Sequence record: NZ_CP043850.1
Source of the DNA: a plasmid
Length of the DNA stretch: 64,000 nt
Direction: 5' to 3' (one strand)
In this document: one piece after another, positions 29,183 through 38,323 of the stretch
Numbering within the stretch: the stretch's first letter is position 1
How the letters are laid out: each line of letters begins with the position of its first letter
Notes under the pieces: generated by a model
Database searches by the model: none
What the model was told of the DNA's origin: nothing
What the model saw: only the letters and a program-made list of their open reading frames with translations
Program-made: the position numbers and the translations under genes

Positions 29183-30505
29183 GTGATTTTCTCATGTCTC
29201 CACAGCAGAAGAGTGGGAGAGGCCATGGGGAAAGGGCCCGGTGGGAGCATGCAGCAGCGACCGATCCGGGCAGAGACGTGGAGACTCCGTTTCGGGGCCA
29301 GCATGGTGGGGGATGGGCCTGGCACCGCGGATCTGGCCCTCGACGAAGCCTGCGGGCCGGGGGAGGATGGGCCGATGAAGGCGAGCGTGCAGGACCTGCT
29401 GGCCGGCCCGCGTGGGCGGCGTCTGTGTCTGGAGGCGACGAGGATGCTCAGCCTCCGGGTTGCCGAGCTGGTGTTCTGGCTGGGCTATGAGCTGGATCCG
29501 GGCCGGGGCACCTCCCTGGTCGTGTGGTCCCCGGGCGGCGGTGCCCTGGAGGCGGGCGCGCGTCCTGCCGTGTCCATCGAGCAGGCGGCGCAAGCGATGG
29601 CCGACCTCGACCTCTCGGGCCTGACGGATGAGGTGGTCCAGGCGGCCCTGGTCGGTACGGTCATGTCGGCCCGGTACTGGCAGGAGCCCGACGGCGAGGA
29701 TGTGCTCGCCGGGCATCCGGCCGTCCAGGCCGCCCTGGAACCGGTGGCCGAGGGCGTGCTGGGCTCGGCAGTGGCCCGGCACTGGGGGAGTCCGCGCGCA
29801 GCGGCGCAGTGGGTGATCGACTGGCGGGCGTTCGAGGATCCGGCCCCGGTGTCCCGGGATGCTCAAGGGGTCCTGGCGGCCTGGGCTCGGGAAGAACGGC
29901 GGCAGGAAGTCCGGGCTGCCACTGAGCATCCTGCTGATCCGACGGCGAACTTCTCCGGGACCTGGTGGTCCATCCCGCAGGGGGCCGTCGTCAGCGTCGG
30001 GCAGATCCCGGCTGGGTTGGACCTCGTCGAGGACGACATCGGCGCGGAGGCGGCCACGGTGATCCCGGTGCGGGGAGCGGGTCGGACGTATGAGGTCCGT
30101 GGCCCCGGTGACTGGGTCCGGCTGTGTCGGTGGTTCCCGCTGGAGGTCAGTGCCTCGCGTCGGCACGACTGGTACCGGGTGACCGGCCGGTCCGGGCGGT
30201 GGGTCATCCCGGACTGGGAGCAGGTCGCTTCCGAGTGGGACGCGGTGCACCTGACCACCTTGGGCTATCTCGGCGCGGCCACGCGCGCTCTGCCCGTGGA
30301 CGCGGACATGGCCACGGTGCTCGCCGGGTGGAACCCGGACACCACCGTGTGGCTCACCGACACGGTCCGTGAGTCGGAGGAGCCCCGCCAATGTTGGCAG
30401 CGCGTATCCGGCGACGACGGATGGGCCCGTTGCTTGCCCGTCCGTGATGTCGGCTCGGAGGGCCCCGCGCGGGGACGCGGGGCCAGCCCGCCGGTGGAGG
30501 GGTGA
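29183..30505 (+). CDS. hypothetical protein (no recognisable domain)
   Basis: 440-aa ORF, Trp-rich C-terminal half. Start uncertain (candidate Met codons within the first ~65 residues of the 440-aa ORF). Coupled to the next ORF by a GTGA overlap at 30502-30505. Confidence 0.35.
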   Translation: MIFSCLHSRRVGEAMGKGPGGSMQQRPIRAETWRLRFGASMVGDGPGTADLALDEACGPGEDGPMKASVQDLLAGPRGRRLCLEATRMLSLRVAELVFWLGYELDPGRGTSLVVWSPGGGALEAGARPAVSIEQAAQAMADLDLSGLTDEVVQAALVGTVMSARYWQEPDGEDVLAGHPAVQAALEPVAEGVLGSAVARHWGSPRAAAQWVIDWRAFEDPAPVSRDAQGVLAAWAREERRQEVRAATEHPADPTANFSGTWWSIPQGAVVSVGQIPAGLDLVEDDIGAEAATVIPVRGAGRTYEVRGPGDWVRLCRWFPLEVSASRRHDWYRVTGRSGRWVIPDWEQVASEWDAVHLTTLGYLGAATRALPVDADMATVLAGWNPDTTVWLTDTVRESEEPRQCWQRVSGDDGWARCLPVRDVGSEGPARGRGASPPVEG

Positions 30506-30876
30506 GCAAGCGCGGGCCTTCTGCGTCGGGCCAGATGCCTTCCACGGAGGCTGTGCTCAGCATCCTTCGGCGTCTGGAGCGGCGTCACTTCAGCCGTGAT
30601 GTCTATGCGCGGTTGCTTGACGCCGACGTGACCGGGGAGGTGCTCACGGTGGTGGCCTGGCAGGGGGGTCCTTCCCCGGCGGACCCGGAGCGGGTGATCG
30701 CTCACCGCACGGACCTGCGCCAGCGTCTGACCGAATGCCGTGGCGATCTCGAGGCGGTGCTGATGGATGCGTTGCAGTTCGGTGTGTACGAACCAAGCTC
30801 GCCGGGCAGGCCGCCGGCGGGGGATGAGCCTGCCCGGCTGCTGGAGAAGTATCCCGAGGCCACCTGGTACGAGTGA
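30502..30876 (+). CDS. hypothetical protein (no recognisable domain)
   Basis: 124-aa ORF starting with GTG that overlaps the upstream stop. Same strand as the downstream resolvase. Confidence 0.3.
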   Translation: MSKRGPSASGQMPSTEAVLSILRRLERRHFSRDVYARLLDADVTGEVLTVVAWQGGPSPADPERVIAHRTDLRQRLTECRGDLEAVLMDALQFGVYEPSSPGRPPAGDEPARLLEKYPEATWYE

Positions 30877-31019
30877 GGAAGCTGGAGCGACGCGCGGCAA
30901 CATCTGGTCAGCGTCCAGTCGGGTATACCCCTTTACACACCCCCCGCCGCCACGAGAGGATCACGTCAGAGTGGGTTCATTTTGGACCCGTTGGACATAC
31001 CTGACGGAGGGTCTTAGAC

Positions 31020-31598
31020 GTGGTTGGACAGACTGTGGGGTACGTGCGGGTGAGCTCGGCGGAGCAGAACCTGGACCGCCAGCTCGAGGCGGTGGGGGAG
31101 TGCGACCGTGTCTTCCAGGACAAGATCTCCGGCAGCTCCCGCGCCAAGCGCGCCGGGCTGGCGGAGCTGATGCGGTACGTCCGCGAGGGGGATCTGGTGA
31201 AGGTCGCCTCCATGGACCGGCTGGGCCGGGACACCCGGGACCTGTACGCCATCGTGGACGAACTGACCGACAAGGGGTGCGCGGTGCAGTTCGTGTCCGA
31301 GCGGATCACCGTGGACAAGTCCGGCACCTCCCCGGTGGACGGGCTCATGCTGGGCATCCTGGCCGCGTTCGCTGAGTTCGAGCGTCGACGGATCAAGGAG
31401 CGCCAGGCAGAAGGCATCGCCCTGGCCAAGACGAGAGGCAAGTACGTGCAGGCCCCGAAGCTCTCGGACACCGACGTGGAGCAGGCCCGGGTGATGATCG
31501 AGATGGGGATCCCGAAGGCTGAGGTCGCTCGCACCTTCGGGGTCAGCCGGCAAACCCTGTACACCTCCCTCGCTCGCGGAGCAACGATGTTGCCTTGA
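31020..31598 (+). CDS. serine recombinase (resolvase/invertase family)
   Basis: 192 aa with catalytic-Ser motif GYVRVSSAEQNLDRQ, the resolvase core (DRLGRD) and a C-terminal HTH (VARTFGVSRQTLYTSL). Confidence 0.9.
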   Translation: MVGQTVGYVRVSSAEQNLDRQLEAVGECDRVFQDKISGSSRAKRAGLAELMRYVREGDLVKVASMDRLGRDTRDLYAIVDELTDKGCAVQFVSERITVDKSGTSPVDGLMLGILAAFAEFERRRIKERQAEGIALAKTRGKYVQAPKLSDTDVEQARVMIEMGIPKAEVARTFGVSRQTLYTSLARGATMLP

Positions 31599-31866
31599 GT
31601 GCCCCAAGGGGAGAGTCAGACCCCTGCTAGTAAGCTTCACGGGTAGGGGTAATGGTGAACCACCAACGGCTCGACTGTAGGGCATTTTTGTGCAGTCCGT
31701 GCATTTACCAAATTGGTTTAGAAAATCCTACGGACCCGCCCGACGCAGATATCTTTATATCGGTCCTCTCCTCCTTTAATCTCCATGCCCCTTGGGTCAC
31801 GGCAGTCGGCGTGGCGGCTATGAAATACCCCAGCGCTTTAGCGACACGCTGACGAACATCGAAAGA

Positions 31867-33693
31867 TCAATCAGTCGCCATCTCATTGAGCTTCTGCAGC
31901 CAACTCTTCACGTCCCCCGCAGGGTCTGCTTCTTTTAATCTATCCAATGTCATTTTTTCAAATGCTTCGTCCGCGAGGCGCCTCTTTACGATTTCCTCCT
32001 TTATGGGTCTGTGATCAGGCGCGTTTTTGGTAGCGTCGCTTACGAGCTTAGGGACGTTGCAGTCGTCTGTAACTTCAACCCGCACCCCCAGCGCTTCGAA
32101 AATGGCCTCCGGGTGTAGATAGTTCTCCATCATCTTCTTTGAAGTGAGTGTTGCAAACGATCCGTCACCGCGATTGTTTACCGCGTCGACGGATTGTTGG
32201 TATTTACTAACGTCATTGTCATAAAGATGAAACTCGCGGCGTCGTAAATCTTTTAGGTACCGCTTGCTTACCCACTGGCCCAGAGTGCCCCCTCCCTGGG
32301 GAACAAATGCAAAACGATGGTCTGCCATGAGATCTGGGTACGCTCCGGGATCTTCCTCATGCAACTTTCTAGAGATCTTCTGGAGCGACGTAACGTCATG
32401 TGGGCCCTCAACGCATATGAGAACTTTAACTCGATTGTCCGGCTGCACACCGAGTTCATCAGCGAGCTCTGCCCACATATCGTCATTTCCTTGTAAGATT
32501 GAGGGCTCTTCTGAGTAAATGTCCTTACGTATATACCGAATACTCTTTGCTGGCAAATGGGAAACGAATCCGGGACTATGGGAAGTGAGGATGACCTGAG
32601 TTCCGGGAACTTCGGCCATGAGCTGGAATGAGTCGAGCAGGATTTTCTGATTACGGGGGTGCTGTGATGTCTCTGGCTCTTCGAGTGCGTAGATTACAGA
32701 TGATTTATCACTGGACTCAAGCATGCGCTGGGCCTCAGCTTTGAAGAAGCTCACCAGGATTAGCCGACGAACTCCAGAGCCACGCTTGTTTATGGCCACC
32801 CCATTGGAGCCATGCAATGCGACAGAGAAGAGACTATGCCAGCGAGGGTCACTCTTAAACTCGGGGACTAACCCTTCGGCGATAGCGGGGTCGATCTCTG
32901 AGAGGGCCTCGTGAGTTCGAGACGCCAAATCCGTCGCCTTGCCTCGAACTGCTTCTACGACCTCCTCCAGGAGCTTCTGGACAGAGTCTTCAGCTAGCGC
33001 GGCTGTGATCGCCATTTTCATGGGTTCCTGGACTTCGTCATCTGCATCAGTACTTTTGCGATCTGACTGGAACAGGGCAAAGTAAGGCAGATAACCGGTC
33101 AATTTGGTGAATATTTTACCGCCATCTTCTTTACCTAGAGAGATTTCGGATTCTGACAAATTTAGATCTTCGCATCCCCATAGGGCGGCTCTTAGGTCAG
33201 GGTTAGAAGCCTTGTTGACATGGTTGTATTCTGACGGGTCAAGACGAGTTCTGGCCAGTGACTTAAGTGCCGTATTTGTTAGAGAGAGTAGGTTATCTAG
33301 CTCCTTATTTATAGGATGTTGGCATACTACATACGTCTCTTCTTTCGGCTTGGAGCTGGTGCATACCCACCGCTTTCTGAGCTGAAGGCATCCGTCCTTG
33401 TCCAACAGGTGTTCCTGGGCGAGGCTCGTTTCTGCCTGCGCATCGAGGACTAGGGAAGGGGGAAGCTCGGAAAACTTACATGTAATTTGGAAAAAATTTT
33501 CCGATGTGGAGACATTTTTATCGGTGATATCCGGTTTTACGACATTTCCTCCAAAGAATATATCTAGAGCCTCTAGTATCGTTGACTTGCCAACGTCGTT
33601 ACGGCCAACGATTGTGGTCAGGTCTTCGAAGCTAACCCATTTCTCTTCTCGGTAGCCACGGAAATTTTTTAATGAGACGGCAATGAGCTTCAT
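31867..33693 (-). CDS. OLD-family ATP-dependent nuclease (N-terminal ABC/AAA_21 ATPase + C-terminal Toprim), class 1 (no helicase partner)
   Basis: Walker A GRNDVGKSTILEAL near the N-terminus (start probably MKLIAVSLKNF at 33693; the ORF extends to 33783). Signature/Walker B region ...VIYALEEPETSQHP. C-terminal Toprim-like block VLICVEGPHD...FHLYDNDVS. This gene and its flanks are about 45% GC versus about 68-70% elsewhere. Confidence 0.75.
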   Translation of the reverse strand: MKLIAVSLKNFRGYREEKWVSFEDLTTIVGRNDVGKSTILEALDIFFGGNVVKPDITDKNVSTSENFFQITCKFSELPPSLVLDAQAETSLAQEHLLDKDGCLQLRKRWVCTSSKPKEETYVVCQHPINKELDNLLSLTNTALKSLARTRLDPSEYNHVNKASNPDLRAALWGCEDLNLSESEISLGKEDGGKIFTKLTGYLPYFALFQSDRKSTDADDEVQEPMKMAITAALAEDSVQKLLEEVVEAVRGKATDLASRTHEALSEIDPAIAEGLVPEFKSDPRWHSLFSVALHGSNGVAINKRGSGVRRLILVSFFKAEAQRMLESSDKSSVIYALEEPETSQHPRNQKILLDSFQLMAEVPGTQVILTSHSPGFVSHLPAKSIRYIRKDIYSEEPSILQGNDDMWAELADELGVQPDNRVKVLICVEGPHDVTSLQKISRKLHEEDPGAYPDLMADHRFAFVPQGGGTLGQWVSKRYLKDLRRREFHLYDNDVSKYQQSVDAVNNRGDGSFATLTSKKMMENYLHPEAIFEALGVRVEVTDDCNVPKLVSDATKNAPDHRPIKEEIVKRRLADEAFEKMTLDRLKEADPAGDVKSWLQKLNEMATD

Positions 33694-34135
33694 CGAGGGC
33701 CTGAATTCTTTGAAGGTGGCGGTACTTTGCGTGGGTTGTGTGAGTATAAAAGAACGATGACGGAAGGCCTGTTGAAAAATCACGACACTACATGCGCGAC
33801 GATCAAGACCATCTGGTATGGGCCATCGTGCCAGGCGCCCTGAGTAGAGGCAAGACTTTGGTGAGGGGAGTTCTGAGAGCGGGTGCTGTTCCTTCAGATC
33901 GAGTGGCGACAGCGGCGACGCTCGTGTAGGTCGAGGCCCACCTGAAGGGCCTGCATAACTGGCCGGGGCGAGTATCTGAGGATGCCGTCGCCTGCTTGCC
34001 CCGGGTAAGAGCGTCAGAGGGCAGCGGCAACTCGAAGAGGGGACGCTGTAAAAAAATGCACTTCAGAAGAGGAGCGCATTTGACCCGTGCGGGCACAACT
34101 CGAGCACCAACCTGCTCCTGCTACTCCCATGGGTG

Positions 34136-36976
34136 TCAGGCCGTTAACTCGGCGTAGCGGGTGAAGAGCAGTTCCTGACGCTCCAGCTCGGTGCGGCAAC
34201 GCCGTGCGGCGCCGAAGGCCTTGTCCACCTCCGTGTCCAGCGCGTCGTGGGCCTTCACCAAAGCCGGGTCCATGCCTAGTGCCGTGTAGTGCTGAGCTAG
34301 GGAGCGTCCGGGGTGCAGAGCGCGTGCGGCCAGCACCTTCTGGCCGGCGGCAATGATCTTCTCCCGTTGTCCCTCGGCCAGAGGCGGTAGGGGCAGGGTG
34401 GTCCACGTCAACGTGGAACCGAACCGCAAGTCCGACTTGAGGCGGCCGCCGACGGTCTTCTGCCAGGTCAGGAACATGCTCGAGGAGAGCATGGCGAACT
34501 GGAACCCGTCTGGGTCCGGGCACTGGAAGGTCGCATCGCTGGCGATCACCGTCTGCGGCAGTAACTGAACGGGGAAGTAGGGACGTTCCTCGGAGACATG
34601 GCGTGGGATGCACACGTAATCCGTGGCCAACGCCTGCACCTGACGGAACAGGTGGTGATGACGGTAATCGCGGGTAGACGCTGCGGCAGAGCGGCCCCGG
34701 AACTGTCGGACCGCCTCCACGCGCTCGTGCAACACCGGGGAGGCGTGGATCTCCGCCCCGGTCGCCTGGACCAGCCACAGGCACCATCGCTCTTCAGAAT
34801 GCAACAGCTCACGGGCACCGACGTAGGGCCGCAGGTACTTCGCGGCGATCGGATCTGCTCGTACCTGCTCCACCTCCGTAGCACCGACCAGCAGATGCCC
34901 ATCGTCCGTGGGCTTGGATCCGTACATCGGCATGTTTAGCTCCGCCGAGATCGGCCGGCTGCGCTTGGTCACCAACACGTTGGGCCCGTCCACCAGGTAG
35001 GCGTTGATCGTCTTCACCCCGGGCACTTCGCGGGCCTCACTGCGCGCGTGCTCGTATTTGAACAGGCGCGCCTTGGCATCGGGGTCGCGGGTGAAGCCGA
35101 TGATCACGCAGTGCACCGCGGCCTTGCCGGGGGCCTGGGAGTCCCACGCGAAAGTGCGGTGGGCGAACTTGATCCGCCAGCCGGCGGCGAAGATCGGGGC
35201 GAACAATCGAGCCGGCTGGTCCCCCTGCACGATCGAGTTCGTGGTCACGAACGCCCACTCCCCATCCCGATCGGTGAACAAGCGCAAGGTGAGCGCGTGC
35301 CAGGCGGTGACGTAGTCCAGGCGAGAGAGATCCTTGTTGCCACCCCAGGCGGCGTGCATCAAGGCGAGCTGCGCCCTGGTTCGGGTGGTGTCACCCAGGA
35401 ACGGGGGGTTGCCGAACACGAACGTGCGCCCGGCCGGGGCGGGGAGGGCCTGAGACCAGTCGAGGGTGAGCGCGTCGTGCTGGTAGATCGTGGCGGTGAT
35501 CTTGATCGGCAGACGCACCGGGGCCTGGCCGAGCGCGGCGGCCAGCTGCCGATTGGCCTGATGGTCCACGAGGAACATGGCGGTCTCGGCGATCTTGGCC
35601 GGCCACCAGTTGATCTCGACCCCGTAGAACCGGTCGATGTGGATCCGCTGGTCCAAGCTCACGTCCAGGGACAGGTCCAGGGACCCGGTGCGGCGGCGCT
35701 GGTCGGCCAGCAGGTCCGTCTCGATCTCGCGCAGCTTGGCGTAGGCCAGGTTCAAGAAGTTGCCGGCCCCGCAGGCCGGGTCGACGTAGATGTTGGCGGC
35801 CATCTCCTCGATCAGCCCGATCACCTCACGCCGGGTGGTGGTCTTGTTCTGGATGAGCCGGTCCGCGCGGGCGCGGTACTCGTCCAGGAAGAGCGGGCCG
35901 ATGGTCTTGAGGATGTTCTCCTCGGAGGTGTAGTGCTCCCCGTCCCCGCGGCGGGCCTGCTTGGACTTGACCAGTTGGAACATGGAGCCGAATACGGCCG
36001 GGGAGATCTGGGTCCACCGGAACCGGCAGGCTGCCACGAGCGCGTCCCGGAAGTCGTTGGTGAGGAAGCCGGCCGTGGAGGTGCCGTCGAAGATGCCGCC
36101 GTTGACGTAGGGGAAGCGGGCCAGAGAGTCCGGCACACCGCGGCGCCGGTTCTCGGGGGTGTTGAGCACGCGGAAGAGCGCGTCGAGCTGGGGGCCGAGG
36201 TTGTCGGCGGTGGTGTCCCACTCCACCCAACGCTGGAACAGGTCGGCCTCCCACAGGCCGGCGTCGTCTCCGTAGAGCAGGAACAGCAGCCGGGTGAGCA
36301 GGATCGAGGCCTGCTGGGTGGCGAACTCCTCCTCTTCGGCGTCCTCGGGGGCCTCCTCGCCCACGGGTACGTCCACCTCGTCCCCGACGAGGGCGGTGAA
36401 CATGGAGGCCATCAGCTGCGCGGCCGCGATGGAGGCCTCTTGTTCCTCGGTCTTGGTCACGGTGTCCCGGCCGGCCAGGAACATCAGCTGGTCCACGTGA
36501 TCGGTGGCCTCTTGCACGGTGAACTCGGACACCCAGCCGGCCTCGCCCAGACGTTCGACGCGGATGCGGGCGAAGTCTGTGACGAGCACGTACTTGGGCC
36601 ACTCGTGCTGACCGATGGATCCGCCGGCCAGGTAGTCCAGGGCCTGGGCGTGGGCGACGTCGAGGTCGGCACCCAGGGACTTGGCCTCGCCCAGGGCGAC
36701 GCCGGACCAGAAGAAGTCGATGTAGCCGGCCCCGCCGGTGGAGGCGCGCGCGGCCCCGCGCTCGAACAGGTCGATGCGCTCGGGGATCACCCCGAAGGTT
36801 CGCAGCAGGTCGGACCAGAACTGCTGGGCGAAGGACTTCTCCGTGTGGGTCTGTCCATCGGCGCGCCAGCGGTCGATGCGCTGACCCCAGGCATGTCCGA
36901 AGTCGTCCAGGGCTGTGCGGATGACGCCGCGATCTGCAAGTTGCTCCACAGGCACAACGTACAGCGACCTGAGCAA
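34136..36976 (-). CDS. MmeI-family Type IIL restriction-modification enzyme (fused endonuclease + N6-adenine methyltransferase + TRD)
   Basis: 946 aa. N-terminal PD-ExK block with MmeI-like spacing, D-X9-E-X-K (IDFFWSGVALGEAKS). SAM-binding motif I (DPACGAGNFL) and motif IV (NPPFLGD) in the central MTase. Long C-terminal target-recognition region. Confidence 0.75.
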   Translation of the reverse strand: MLRSLYVVPVEQLADRGVIRTALDDFGHAWGQRIDRWRADGQTHTEKSFAQQFWSDLLRTFGVIPERIDLFERGAARASTGGAGYIDFFWSGVALGEAKSLGADLDVAHAQALDYLAGGSIGQHEWPKYVLVTDFARIRVERLGEAGWVSEFTVQEATDHVDQLMFLAGRDTVTKTEEQEASIAAAQLMASMFTALVGDEVDVPVGEEAPEDAEEEEFATQQASILLTRLLFLLYGDDAGLWEADLFQRWVEWDTTADNLGPQLDALFRVLNTPENRRRGVPDSLARFPYVNGGIFDGTSTAGFLTNDFRDALVAACRFRWTQISPAVFGSMFQLVKSKQARRGDGEHYTSEENILKTIGPLFLDEYRARADRLIQNKTTTRREVIGLIEEMAANIYVDPACGAGNFLNLAYAKLREIETDLLADQRRRTGSLDLSLDVSLDQRIHIDRFYGVEINWWPAKIAETAMFLVDHQANRQLAAALGQAPVRLPIKITATIYQHDALTLDWSQALPAPAGRTFVFGNPPFLGDTTRTRAQLALMHAAWGGNKDLSRLDYVTAWHALTLRLFTDRDGEWAFVTTNSIVQGDQPARLFAPIFAAGWRIKFAHRTFAWDSQAPGKAAVHCVIIGFTRDPDAKARLFKYEHARSEAREVPGVKTINAYLVDGPNVLVTKRSRPISAELNMPMYGSKPTDDGHLLVGATEVEQVRADPIAAKYLRPYVGARELLHSEERWCLWLVQATGAEIHASPVLHERVEAVRQFRGRSAAASTRDYRHHHLFRQVQALATDYVCIPRHVSEERPYFPVQLLPQTVIASDATFQCPDPDGFQFAMLSSSMFLTWQKTVGGRLKSDLRFGSTLTWTTLPLPPLAEGQREKIIAAGQKVLAARALHPGRSLAQHYTALGMDPALVKAHDALDTEVDKAFGAARRCRTELERQELLFTRYAELTA

Positions 36977-37112
36977 GCCCCCTCATCTGAGATAACCGGT
37001 TCGGGAGCCACGCCGCCGGCGTAGAGGGGGCAGGGGGGTGGTGTAGCTCTGCCTAGGATCGGTGGCGATGCACCCTCGCATCGCGTCATCTGCTCGAGCA
37101 AGGAACTCGCCC

Positions 37113-37778
37113 ATGTCACGACGCTCTCTGGCTTCTCTGGCCACTGCTGCTGCTTTAGTCGCCACCGCTGTCCTCGGGGGTGCGGGATCGGCGGCAGCCG
37201 GCACCACGTACTCGGCCCCGTTGCGCACGGCTGTGGCGTCGTTGCCGGTCGCGGCGGAGAACAATGCCGGCTATGACCGGGCCGCCCAGTTCGGGGACTG
37301 GAAGGATGCGAACAGGGACTGCCAGAACACTCGGGCAGAGGTGTTGATCGCAGAGTCCAAGACCACCCCGAAGTTCACGACGGCCCGTAAGTGCACGGTG
37401 GCCACGGGCAAGTGGGTGAGCAGCTGGGATCTGCGCACGCACACGTCTGCATCGACGGTGCAGATCGATCACATGGTGCCCGTGCATGAGGCGTGGGGCT
37501 CGGGAGCCCGGTACTGGACCAAGGCCAAGCGGGTGGCGTTCTACAACGACTTGGGGGATGCCCGGTCGCTGAACGCGCAGACCTCGGCGTTGAACTCGGC
37601 CAAGCAGGCCCGCGGTCCGGAGCAGTGGCTGCCGCCGAAGAACCAGTGCAAGTACATCGCTGACTGGACCGCGGTGAAGATCCGCTGGGGGTTGAAGGCT
37701 GACGCCACGGAGAAGGCGTTCTTGGTGAAGAAGGCCGCCTCCTGCGCAAACACCACCCTGAAGGTGACCCGGTACTGA
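37113..37778 (+). CDS. secreted DUF1524/HNH-type nuclease
   Basis: Signal peptide MSRRSLASLATAAALVATAVLGGAGSAAA, RBS AAGGAA. DUF1524 His-Me-finger pattern (QIDHMVPVHEAW...NDLGDARSLNAQTSALNSAKQ). The ORF track extends 17 codons upstream. Confidence 0.6.
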   Translation: MSRRSLASLATAAALVATAVLGGAGSAAAGTTYSAPLRTAVASLPVAAENNAGYDRAAQFGDWKDANRDCQNTRAEVLIAESKTTPKFTTARKCTVATGKWVSSWDLRTHTSASTVQIDHMVPVHEAWGSGARYWTKAKRVAFYNDLGDARSLNAQTSALNSAKQARGPEQWLPPKNQCKYIADWTAVKIRWGLKADATEKAFLVKKAASCANTTLKVTRY

Positions 37779-38242
37779 GGCTGCACGGCCGCAATGGTGC
37801 CCATTCCCTAGACGTTGACGGCTGCGCGTGTGGGCATTGGTCTGTACGGGGGCTGGCTCGAGGACTTGTGTTCGTACGCATGTCTGTCAGCGCCGCCCCT
37901 CTCCTGGAGCTTGCCGAGAGTCGAGGCGTCTGCTTCCTGCTGCGAGCCCGTCGGCTACCCCCGCCACCCTGTCCAGAGGTCTCGAGGCACCCGCCGTATG
38001 GGGCTTCTGCCGTCTTGAGCAGGCGTGGTCCTGGAGCTCCGGTCGTCCGGAGAGCGCGAACCTGCTACGGGGGTCTTACCTCGCGGCAGGGGACCGCTTC
38101 ACCGTGCGGGTCGGGGTGTCGTTGTCGGCATTGGGAAGGTGGCGGTGCAGGACGCGTGGAGTCGGGGCGGCCCGCGGCAGGAGGCCCGGAACGCCGGCCA
38201 CAAACGACCGTTTGCGGCGCTCGAGGGGGAGTGGTGGCTGAC

Positions 38243-38285
38243 TGTCAAGACGCGGCGAAGATCGCACGCGACTCGTGAAGGGCAG
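38243..38285. repeat. degenerate left-type TIR copy (TGTCAAGACGCGGCGAAGATCGCACGCGACTCGTGAAGGG)
   Basis: Matches the consensus TGTCGAGATGCAGCGAAGAT with 3 mismatches, and the subterminal GCACGCGACTCG of the 57505 copy. Preceded at 38200 by CCACAAACGACCG, a motif also found at 26024, 26766 and 27478. Confidence 0.4.
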
Positions 38286-38323
38286 TTCCTTGGAGGGCTC
38301 TGGGGCGGAGAGTGTCAGACGAC

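Larger units (their letters stand above)
27556..29194 (-). pseudogene. small 2-TM membrane protein gene (about 69 aa) split by the IS256-family insertion
   Basis: Minus-strand ATG at 29194 gives MRKSQRTYWGLTLLTMALWLAG, then reads into the IS at 29139. Removing 27709-29129 plus one TSD copy restores ...WLAGSLVLSNSQMEWRALVGWGLFVLGIVPLIFRTAITKRRRESDSREAPL* (C-terminal part at 27556-27708). Confidence 0.5.

Noticed and set aside
30880-31020. Candidate res site upstream of the resolvase (repeated GTTGGACA(T/G)AC half-sites at about 30975-31020)
   Set aside because: Only two short imperfect repeats. It cannot be distinguished from chance without alignment to known res subsites.
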